Positions 29,705 through 37,056 of a stretch of 64,000 nt of DNA are shown one piece after another (position 1 is the stretch's first letter; each line of letters begins with the position of its first letter). A program made the translations under genes and the position numbers. The stretch lies in the NCBI GenBank assembly GCA_017631285.1, contig JAGBTO010000098.1, positions 598 to 64,597 on the forward strand, read 5' to 3'. The stretch comes from Alistipes sp. (GTDB lineage: Bacteria > Bacteroidota > Bacteroidia > Bacteroidales > Rikenellaceae). Below the pieces are notes generated by a model, which saw nothing but the letters and a program-made list of their open reading frames with translations, had not been told where the DNA came from and ran no database searches.

Positions 29705-30604
29705 TTATGCCAACTCCCACTGTGCACGCATAAGCTCCACTGCCGCTGGCAATACAACCTCGCGCTCACCTGCGCAACCGCACTCGAAGCTCACGTAGTA
29801 AGGATAGTTCATCTCCTTCAAAGCACGGAATCCGTCAACGTAGTTATCCTTCTCGCCATTCTCGCCTGGCATCTGACGTGTACCACGGCTTGCGATGTGA
29901 ACGTGCTGCAAATACTCTGGGCCTGCGGCCATCAAGGCTGCGTAGTCAGAAGTCTCCTCTGACATATGCCAGAAGTCACCCATACACTTCACGCCCGCAC
30001 TCTTTGAGTCGCGTGCGATAGCTGCAGCATCAGCTACCTGACGCATATAGTGAGCCTCACGACGGTTCAATGGCTCAAGGATAACTGTTGTGTTGTGCTT
30101 CAATGCGAACTCACCCAACTCGTGCATCTGCTCACAGAGATACTCTCTAGTCTCCAATGTATGAGGCAAGCATGGCTTCTGATGATTGAACACAGGCACC
30201 ATAATAACACCTGTTGAGCCAATCTCACCCGCAGCTGCGATGATGTCACGCATTGTTGAATCGAACTGTGCCTTCACAGCTGGATCCTCAGCCAAGAGGA
30301 AGCCCTGGAAACCTGCACAGATAGCCGAAATCTTGATGTTACGACCCTTCAAAGCCTGATGGAACTCGTTCACACGATTTGCCATATTCCAACCTCCTGG
30401 CTCATAACCTACGATACCCAAGTTCTCCATATAATCGAACTTCTCTTCCAAAGTCTTACCTGGAGCTGTACCCTCCTGGAATGAGATACGCAATGGTGTA
30501 TCATTCTTTGGAGCGCAAGATGTGAGAAGGCTTGCGCCTGTTGTTGAAGCTGCCACAGCAGCTGCACCCATCAATGATGTCTGCAAAAACTCTTTTCTAT
30601 TCAT
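29705..30604 (-). CDS. Sugar phosphate isomerase/epimerase (xylose-isomerase-like TIM barrel), Tat-type lipoprotein
   Basis: LEPLNRRE, GDFWHM, HVHIA and SFEC metal motifs; N-terminus NRKEFL...LLTSC. Confidence 0.88.
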   Translation of the reverse strand: MNRKEFLQTSLMGAAAVAASTTGASLLTSCAPKNDTPLRISFQEGTAPGKTLEEKFDYMENLGIVGYEPGGWNMANRVNEFHQALKGRNIKISAICAGFQGFLLAEDPAVKAQFDSTMRDIIAAAGEIGSTGVIMVPVFNHQKPCLPHTLETREYLCEQMHELGEFALKHNTTVILEPLNRREAHYMRQVADAAAIARDSKSAGVKCMGDFWHMSEETSDYAALMAAGPEYLQHVHIASRGTRQMPGENGEKDNYVDGFRALKEMNYPYYVSFECGCAGEREVVLPAAVELMRAQWELA

Positions 30605-30615
30605 ACTATTTTGTT

Positions 30616-31110
30616 TTACTTTGTTTCAAACTTTTCCTCCAACCCCGCAACGAATTTTTCGACAGCTTCAGCATCATCCACCGCAGGAGTCCACGAAGCC
30701 ATATTGTCGGACGCAATAGGTGCAAATGGACCCTCCTTTACCTCGAAAAGTACAGTATCATCCTCCAGCACCACAAGCCCATGCCATACGCCGGCCTCGA
30801 TATCAAAGCCCACGCAGTCGCATCCCGCACCAACAATGCGGCTCTCAACCTCTGTACCCGCATCGTCATAGATGGTAACGCCCACCTTACCCCTTACGAC
30901 AATGATACTCTCCGACTTATCGGGGTTCAAGTGACGATGCACAGGCAGATAGCTGCCACGGTGCATCACATTGAGCAAGCGGTTTACCTTCTCGTCGGTC
31001 GAACGATGAAAGTTGTAATTCATCCTTCGGCGTGGCGAGGCGGCAGCCTTCTGGGCTACAGCATCCATTAACTCAAGGTCGATAAACTCTGTTTTGGGTT
31101 GGTTTGTCAT
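30616..31110 (-). CDS. WbuC-family cupin-fold metalloprotein
   Basis: SPRRRMNYNFH, PVHRH...KSE, GVWHG and FEVKEGPF motifs. Confidence 0.85.
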   Translation of the reverse strand: MTNQPKTEFIDLELMDAVAQKAAASPRRRMNYNFHRSTDEKVNRLLNVMHRGSYLPVHRHLNPDKSESIIVVRGKVGVTIYDDAGTEVESRIVGAGCDCVGFDIEAGVWHGLVVLEDDTVLFEVKEGPFAPIASDNMASWTPAVDDAEAVEKFVAGLEEKFETK

Positions 31111-31126
31111 ACTATATTAGTATAAA

Positions 31127-31162
31127 AGGGTGGGTGAAAAGCTCACGCTCCGCCCCACCCTC
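31127..31162 (-). terminator. Intra-operon hairpin after the oxidoreductase gene
   Basis: AGGGTGGG...CCCACCCT inverted repeat followed by TTTT on the minus strand. Confidence 0.5.
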
Positions 31163-31185
31163 TTTCTTATCGTCTAAACAACGAA

Positions 31186-32535
31186 TTACTTACCTGGAAC
31201 AGGGACAACACACTTATCCATATCCTGCTTGCCGAGTTCGTGCTTGAACTCTGACATGTAGTCCTGTGGCGACTGGCTCATCTCATCCCAGCTAACAGTA
31301 GCACCTGTGTAAGCTGACTCACGACCCATCACACCTGCCAAGCAAGAGATACCACACTCTGTTGCCTCATCGTGCATTGTGCCCTTACGGATGTGATTAA
31401 CCCAATCAACATGCTCCAAAACGTAAGGATTATGCTGCTCGAACTGAGCCTTTGCAGCCTCCTCATCAAACTTCCAGATTACGTTGCCATCCAAGTCCTT
31501 AATCTCATGGTTGTAACTGTTCCATGAACCCTTGGTACCCTGAATGAACTCACCGATATTATTCGAGCAACCGTTAATCTGACGGCACATAGAGTGCATA
31601 TGGATACCGTTCTCCATCTCGAAATCTACGCTGAACATATCGTACTGATCACCTGTAACACGACGATGACGACCACCAAACGCAGTAGCCTTTACTGGTT
31701 TCAAACCTGACATCCAAAGGAATACGTCGATATTATGAACGTGCTGTTCAACGATATGGTCACCCGATAACCACTTCCAGTTCACCCAATCGCGAATCAT
31801 CCACTCTGTATCTGTCCAGCCCTGCTGACGCTCACGATACCAAAGCATTGACTGATTCCAATATACATTACCGCCGGTAATCTCGCCAATCATACCCTCC
31901 TGGATCTTCTGGTAAGCCTCAACGTATGGACGCTGGTGGTGACGCTGTGTACCGCAAACAACACTCAAGTTCTTAGCCTGTGCCTGCTTTGCAGTAGCCA
32001 TGATGGTACGATAACCCTTAGGGTCAACAGCAATTGGCTTCTCAAGGAATGAGTGAACACCCTTCTCAGTTGCATACTGGAAATGTATTGGACGGAATGC
32101 AGGAGGAGTAGCGATGATAACCATATCCACACCTGAGTCGATAACCTTCTTATATGCATCGAAACCTACAAAGCACTTATCGTCAGCTACGACCTGACCA
32201 TTCTTTGCCAAGCTACCCTTCAAACCATTCAAACGATCAGCGAAAGTATCACCCAAAGCAACCACCTTAATACCGTTAGCAGCAGCCAAAAGGTCATAGA
32301 TAGCACCTGAACCTCGACCACCACAACCGATAACACCAGCCTTAAGTTCCTTGCCATCGTCAGCCTTATCATTCAACACAGGGATATAGTACTCACCTGG
32401 CTGCTTGAGTGGAGTGTAAACAGGACCCTTAGGACCACATGAGGTCATGAGTGTTGATGAACCAACCAAAGTTGAAACACCTGCAATTGCAGACAAAGAC
32501 AAGAAGTCCTTTCTGCTCATTTTGTTCTTGCTCAT
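31186..32535 (-). CDS. Gfo/Idh/MocA NAD-dependent oxidoreductase, Tat-type lipoprotein
   Basis: GVIGCGGRG Rossmann motif, EKP and EQHVHNID motifs; N-terminus SRKDFL...LMTSC. Confidence 0.9.
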   Translation of the reverse strand: MSKNKMSRKDFLSLSAIAGVSTLVGSSTLMTSCGPKGPVYTPLKQPGEYYIPVLNDKADDGKELKAGVIGCGGRGSGAIYDLLAAANGIKVVALGDTFADRLNGLKGSLAKNGQVVADDKCFVGFDAYKKVIDSGVDMVIIATPPAFRPIHFQYATEKGVHSFLEKPIAVDPKGYRTIMATAKQAQAKNLSVVCGTQRHHQRPYVEAYQKIQEGMIGEITGGNVYWNQSMLWYRERQQGWTDTEWMIRDWVNWKWLSGDHIVEQHVHNIDVFLWMSGLKPVKATAFGGRHRRVTGDQYDMFSVDFEMENGIHMHSMCRQINGCSNNIGEFIQGTKGSWNSYNHEIKDLDGNVIWKFDEEAAKAQFEQHNPYVLEHVDWVNHIRKGTMHDEATECGISCLAGVMGRESAYTGATVSWDEMSQSPQDYMSEFKHELGKQDMDKCVVPVPGK

Positions 32536-32582
32536 AGTAGTTTTATTTTAGTAGTTATTGTTAAATTGTTTTGTCATAAAAG

Positions 32583-34118
32583 TTAGTTTGCAGCAACACC
32601 CTCTGGCACCTCGCATACCACGCGGAAACCGATACCCTTGATGTCGGAGTACCACCAGATACTCTTTGGGTTCTGTGGGTCGGTCTTAAGCCATGCGTCA
32701 TGCTCGGTCTTACGACGTGCCGCGCTACGTACATTTGCTGCGTCGTCCACATAGTAACCGCCACGAACGACATACTCCTCACCACTTGCTGGACCTGTTG
32801 GGTTCACAGCGCCATCCTGCATCTTCGCATAGGCATCCTCGGCATAGTAGTCTGAGCAGTACTCCATAACATTACCCAACATATTCTTCAAGCCAAAAGG
32901 ATTAGCCTTAACCTGAGATGGCTCCTGTGTACGGTTCTTACTATTGTGAGCGTAAATCACATAACTATTGATAACTGTTGTGTCGGCACCAAACAATCCA
33001 CTCCAGAAGCCATCATCAGAGAACTTCTTTGGATTACCCTCGAAATAGTATGGGGTCTCTGTGCCACCACGTGCCGCATACTCCCACTCAGCCTCGGTTG
33101 GCAGACGGTACTTCTTGCCTGTCTTGAGCGAAAGCCACTGACAGAAGGTCTCGGCAGCATAGTGGGTCATAGTGATAGCTGGACGCTCGCCCATACCCCA
33201 ACCCTGATCTGGGAAGCCAAATGGAGGTGTCGGACCACTCACCGCATCACAATCCTCACGCTGGTTGTTGGCATAGATAGTCTCAGGCGACGTACGGCCT
33301 TCCGACATTGTCTCCTTATAGAATGTCCAATACTGATCCCATGTAACCTCTGCCTCACCCATAAAGAATGATGATACAGTCACATTGCGCTGTGGAGCCT
33401 CGTCAGCCTTGTGGAATGGCTCCTTCTCCGAGCTACCCATCTTGAAGCTACCGCCAGGGATGGCAACCATCTTGATTGAAGCACCTGTGCCTGGAATTGT
33501 CTCCACAAAGTTTGCAAACTCTGTCACAGGAGTAGCCGCCTCATATACAACACCGTTATCCTCGGTGACAGGAGCCTCGGCAAGAGCCGAGTGTTTGTAA
33601 TTAGGATTGTAGTGACCCACATCCAAGTGGCAACTTATACACTGAAGATTGAGTTTCTCCTCATTGTCGTCGTAGTAGAGGTGAGCTGTAACGCCCTCAT
33701 CACTAATACCCGTAGGGAAGATATTTACGTGACAAGCCTTGCAAGAAGAGTTATAGACGATTGTCTGTGCATACTCCAACTCGCCCTTGCTATCCCAATC
33801 GACATCCTCGGTGTTCTTGGTCATGTATGACCACAAATCCTTCGCACCTGTTGAAATCTTTGCCTTCACATACTCGAACGAGCCCTTTGGAGGAAGGTGA
33901 CACGCCGAGCACTCAGTCATCACACCACTTGCGTTGTTGTAGTGTACCGACTGTTTCCAACTTGCATCCGACTCAGGATGGAAATGGCAAGCCATACAAG
34001 ACTCATTCTTCGAGCTATTCACCCACATGTAGTTAAACCCAATCATCAACGAAAAACCGATGACCAAACCTGCCAATACGGCAAGAAAAATTTTCTTCTT
34101 ATTTCCTGATTTAGACAT
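32583..34118 (-). CDS. NapC/NirT-type tetraheme cytochrome c fused to an FGE-sulfatase-like (SUMF1/PvdO) domain
   Basis: N-terminal TM; four CxxCH motifs (CMACH, CSACH, CKACH, CISCH); C-terminal MVAIPGGSFKMGS, YRLPTEAEWEYAARGG, NPFGLKNMLGNVMEY and GFRVV motifs. Confidence 0.9.
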   Translation of the reverse strand: MSKSGNKKKIFLAVLAGLVIGFSLMIGFNYMWVNSSKNESCMACHFHPESDASWKQSVHYNNASGVMTECSACHLPPKGSFEYVKAKISTGAKDLWSYMTKNTEDVDWDSKGELEYAQTIVYNSSCKACHVNIFPTGISDEGVTAHLYYDDNEEKLNLQCISCHLDVGHYNPNYKHSALAEAPVTEDNGVVYEAATPVTEFANFVETIPGTGASIKMVAIPGGSFKMGSSEKEPFHKADEAPQRNVTVSSFFMGEAEVTWDQYWTFYKETMSEGRTSPETIYANNQREDCDAVSGPTPPFGFPDQGWGMGERPAITMTHYAAETFCQWLSLKTGKKYRLPTEAEWEYAARGGTETPYYFEGNPKKFSDDGFWSGLFGADTTVINSYVIYAHNSKNRTQEPSQVKANPFGLKNMLGNVMEYCSDYYAEDAYAKMQDGAVNPTGPASGEEYVVRGGYYVDDAANVRSAARRKTEHDAWLKTDPQNPKSIWWYSDIKGIGFRVVCEVPEGVAAN

Positions 34119-34180
34119 AGTTATAATTTATGTTATCTTTTTTACGATTTCCTGATAGTCATTAAACACTATTATTCGGT

Positions 34181-34188
34181 CAAAAATA
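34181..34188 (-). promoter_or_regulatory. -7 promoter box (TATTTTTG) for the cytochrome operon
   Basis: TAnnTTTG 62 nt upstream of the ATG, downstream of a terminator. Confidence 0.55.
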
Positions 34189-34233
34189 GTAATATTTTCG
34201 CCATTTTCAAAACAAAACAACTTTTTTCTAAAG

Positions 34234-34270
34234 AAAAAAAGAGGCAATCGACCATTGGTCAATCACCTCT
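34234..34270 (-). terminator. Intrinsic terminator after the second oxidoreductase
   Basis: Minus strand AGAGGTGATTGACC-aat-GGTCGATTGCCTCT-TTTTTT, fully paired with G-U. Confidence 0.8.
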
Positions 34271-34280
34271 ACGTCAAAAA

Positions 34281-34393
34281 TAGATTGAAAAGAGTGTTTT
34301 TTAGGCGGGCGAAATCCACAAAACCGCAGTTTACTGGAGCGTAAATGAGGATTTTGAGGATGAGCACAACACCAAAAACAGCTTTTCAGGCTA
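34281..34393. repeat. ERIC-like palindromic repeat/MITE, copy 1
   Basis: TA-bounded, with imperfect terminal inverted repeats (TAGATTGAAAAG.../...CTTTTCAGGCTA). The core AAACCGCAGTTTACT-n-GCGTAAATGAGGATTT is shared with 36861-37056. Confidence 0.7.
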
Positions 34394-35563
34394 TTTTTCC
34401 ACCCATTTATGCCACTTCTGCTCCGAGTCGTATCCCGCCTGCACCATAGTCTCCACGAACTGCATTCCGCGAACACCATCCTCCACATTAGGGAAGTCGA
34501 GCATCTCTGCAGTTGGAGTCTTGCCTGCGTGACGGGCACGAACAGTCAAAGCGAAGTTACGATAGATGTTTGCAAACGACTCAATAAAGCCCTCGGGGTG
34601 ACCCGCAGGAGTACGTGTATTCCACTTCGTAAAATCGGTTAGAAAATCACCGCCATTACCCATGCGAATATGCTCTTCTGGACGATCATGCCACTTGGCA
34701 ATCAAGATATTAGGCTCCATCTGTCGCCACTCCATACCACCCTCCTCGCCATATACACGAAGACGAATATTATTAGCCTCTCCGGTAGCAATCTGCGTAG
34801 CCTGCAACAAGGCAGTGAAACCCTGATCGGTATGCATAAACGCACATGCATCATCATCCACAGGACGACCATCAGCGACACGCTGCAAGTCGGCACAAAC
34901 CTCCGTAACCTTTGCTCCTGTCACATACTCTACCAAGTGCCAAGCATGAGTACCAATATCACCCACACAGCCACCCTTACCAGCCTGCTTGGGGTCGTTA
35001 CGCCACACTGCATTATTTCCGCCCTGAAGTTCAATTCGCTTCGAGAGCCAGCCCTGTGTATATTCCACAAATACACGACGCACCTTGCCGATTACGCCAT
35101 CGGCAATTCTACGCTTCATCTCCTTCACTGCAGGATAACCGCTGTAAACGTGAGTAAGAGCCAGCGTCAAACCAGTCTCCTTAACCTTCTCGCGCAACGA
35201 CAATGCCTCCTCCAGAGTAAAGGTCATAGGCTTATCCAGCACAACATTGAAACCAAGTTCCAAGGCTCTTGCCGCAGGAGCATAGTGAAAACGGTTTGGC
35301 GTTACAATAGTCACAAAATCCATTCGTTTGTCCTCTGGCAATGCGGCCTCCTTCTCCAGCATCTCCTCCCATGTAAAGTAGATACGTTCATCGGGCACAA
35401 AGTACTCACGACCAGAGCTTAATGATATTTCAGGATTAATTGAAAAACATCCGCACACAAGTTCAATTCCATTCTCCATCAAGGCTGCACGACGATGAAT
35501 GGCGCCAATAAAGGCATCGCTACCGCCGCCAATCATGCCCATACGCAATTTTCGGTTTTCCAT
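34391..35563 (-). CDS. Gfo/Idh/MocA NAD-dependent oxidoreductase, cytoplasmic
   Basis: GMIGGG..AFIG..H, VTPNRFH, DKP and GDIGTH motifs; start at MENRKLR; no signal peptide. Confidence 0.9.
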   Translation of the reverse strand: MENRKLRMGMIGGGSDAFIGAIHRRAALMENGIELVCGCFSINPEISLSSGREYFVPDERIYFTWEEMLEKEAALPEDKRMDFVTIVTPNRFHYAPAARALELGFNVVLDKPMTFTLEEALSLREKVKETGLTLALTHVYSGYPAVKEMKRRIADGVIGKVRRVFVEYTQGWLSKRIELQGGNNAVWRNDPKQAGKGGCVGDIGTHAWHLVEYVTGAKVTEVCADLQRVADGRPVDDDACAFMHTDQGFTALLQATQIATGEANNIRLRVYGEEGGMEWRQMEPNILIAKWHDRPEEHIRMGNGGDFLTDFTKWNTRTPAGHPEGFIESFANIYRNFALTVRARHAGKTPTAEMLDFPNVEDGVRGMQFVETMVQAGYDSEQKWHKWVEK

Positions 35564-35614
35564 CTTGTTATATTTAGGTTGGTTAAATTTTATCGCCTTA
35601 AAACAATCTATCTT

Positions 35615-35622
35615 CAAAGATA
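35615..35622 (-). promoter_or_regulatory. -7 promoter box (TATCTTTG)
   Basis: TAnnTTTG; it overlaps the ORF-track TTG start, which supports the downstream ATG at 35563. Confidence 0.6.
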
Positions 35623-35760
35623 ATAATTTTTTTCAACAAACAGACATATTACATCAAAAAAAAGTAATCACCCAACCTTTACAACACAAATTTTTATCAG
35701 CAACTCTCTTCTTGCATATTTTTTGCATCCTCCGCCAAACGGTTTAATAAAAAATTCAAC

Positions 35761-36393
35761 ATGAAAAAAATTCTTACATCCCTTTCACTATTTTTACTAA
35801 TTGCATCAAGCACCTCGGCACAAGCGCTACGCTATGGCATAACAGGCGCAATGAACGCGAGCAACTATGCCATCGAACAAGGCAACCTCTCCTACGAGCC
35901 AGAATCGCGCATAGGCTTCAAAGCTGGCTTTCGAATGGAGATTGATGCTCCATTTATCGCCAAAGGTTTCTACTTCGACATGGAGACACTTTTAAGCTCT
36001 CGCGGCGCAAAAATGGAGCAAGTAGAGGAAAGCAACATCATCAGCACTACGCTACGCCCCTACTACCTCGAAATTCCAATCCACATCGGCTATCGATATG
36101 ACTTTGGAACAAACCTCGGTATCTTCGCCTCATTTGGGCCATATTTCGACATCGGACTATTTGGCACAAATAAGGTTTTCGACGGCATAACCGAATCGAA
36201 GCCCAACAGCTTCAGCCAGGATGGCGTGAAACGTTTTGACTTCGGCTTAGGGCTGCGTGGTGGAGCTCAAATATTCAGCCACTATCGAATCTATGTGGGC
36301 TATGATTGGGGACTACTCAATATTGCCAAAGATTTCCCCGGTGGCACGGCCAACAACCGCAACTTTTACATCGGCATGGCATACATGTTCTAA
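35761..36393 (+). CDS. Outer-membrane beta-barrel (porin family) protein
   Basis: Signal peptide; YYLEIPIHIGY, GPYF, RFDFGL and YDWGL motifs; C-terminal AYMF. Confidence 0.85.
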   Translation: MKKILTSLSLFLLIASSTSAQALRYGITGAMNASNYAIEQGNLSYEPESRIGFKAGFRMEIDAPFIAKGFYFDMETLLSSRGAKMEQVEESNIISTTLRPYYLEIPIHIGYRYDFGTNLGIFASFGPYFDIGLFGTNKVFDGITESKPNSFSQDGVKRFDFGLGLRGGAQIFSHYRIYVGYDWGLLNIAKDFPGGTANNRNFYIGMAYMF

Positions 36394-36441
36394 GGCTCTA
36401 ACTACCCCCGTAAAACAACTAAAAAAAACATATATAAAAAC

Positions 36442-36471
36442 AAAAAGAGACTGCCATCAAAGCAGTCTCTT
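36442..36471. terminator. Intrinsic terminator between convergent genes
   Basis: AAGAGACTGC-catcaaa-GCAGTCTCTT. Confidence 0.8.
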
Positions 36472-36499
36472 CTGGTTGAAATTATAAAGTCTATTAAAA

Positions 36500-36808
36500 C
36501 TAATTCTTCTTCTCGGTTTCAACCTCAGCCTTCACCTTAATTTTGGCAAAAGCCTTAAGAAGTGTAGCGTCGTTGCTCTTTGTAACGTCGTAAGTTACTG
36601 TAACCTTCTTTGTAGGCACATCAACCTTCACATCCTTAACACCCTTAACAAATGGAATTGAGTTTGTAATCTTCTTTGCACAACCCTCGCAGTCGATATC
36701 AGTTACAAATACTGTGGTCTTCACATTACCATCCTTCTTCTGTGCTACGGCATTAGCTACACCAAAGCTCAATACTGCCATAAGGCAGAGCATAATAATC
36801 TTTTTCAT
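36500..36808 (-). CDS. Secreted heavy-metal-associated (HMA, CopZ/MerP-like) protein
   Basis: Signal peptide; DIDCEGC...KGVKDVKVD..TKKVTVTYD. Confidence 0.88.
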   Translation of the reverse strand: MKKIIMLCLMAVLSFGVANAVAQKKDGNVKTTVFVTDIDCEGCAKKITNSIPFVKGVKDVKVDVPTKKVTVTYDVTKSNDATLLKAFAKIKVKAEVETEKKN

Positions 36809-36860
36809 AGTTGTATAAGTTTTAAGTGTTTTTAATTTATTTTCGTTTCTTCCTCCACTC

Positions 36861-37056
36861 TTAAACGTGTATAAAAAGAGGGATTTTAAGGCTTGCGCAG
36901 CTTGAGAAACCGCAGTTTACTAATGCGTAAATGAGGATTTCGAGAGCAAGCGTAAGGTTGCGATTAAGCCATAAGCAAAGAGAGTTTACACTTTTTGCTA
37001 TGGCGAAGCAACCAAAAGGAACTTAACGCAAAAATCACCTTTTTAGGCACGTTTAA
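36861..37056. repeat. ERIC-like palindromic repeat/MITE, copy 2, with a nested ~70-bp hairpin insert
   Basis: Terminal inverted repeats TTAAACGTGTATAAAAAG/CTTTTTAGGCACGTTTAA; same core as copy 1; extra segment at about 36956-37023. Confidence 0.7.

Noticed and set aside
32583-33500. FGE/C-type-lectin-fold C-terminus as the target of a diversity-generating retroelement
   Set aside because: There is no reverse transcriptase in the window, and I saw no second near-identical copy (template repeat) of the 3' end.
32583-34118. Sulfatase-maturation (true FGE) or nitrite reductase NrfHA system
   Set aside because: The catalytic Cys pair is missing, no sulfatase is nearby, and there is no pentaheme NrfA (CxxCK) gene in the window.
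34228-34539. 103-aa minus-strand ORF crossing the repeat element
   Set aside because: It overlaps the oxidoreductase out of frame and runs through the repeat and the terminator. It is not a transposase.
34670-35422. 250-aa plus-strand ORF, plus similar 150-200-aa ORFs at 19958, 24294, 27373, 28826, 30532 and 44827
   Set aside because: All lie antisense to well-supported genes and show typical shadow-ORF composition.
34281-37056. The two shared-core repeats as a CRISPR array or as ends of a composite transposon or invertible segment
   Set aside because: There are only two copies about 2.5 kb apart, in direct orientation, each self-palindromic, with no cas, transposase or recombinase gene.
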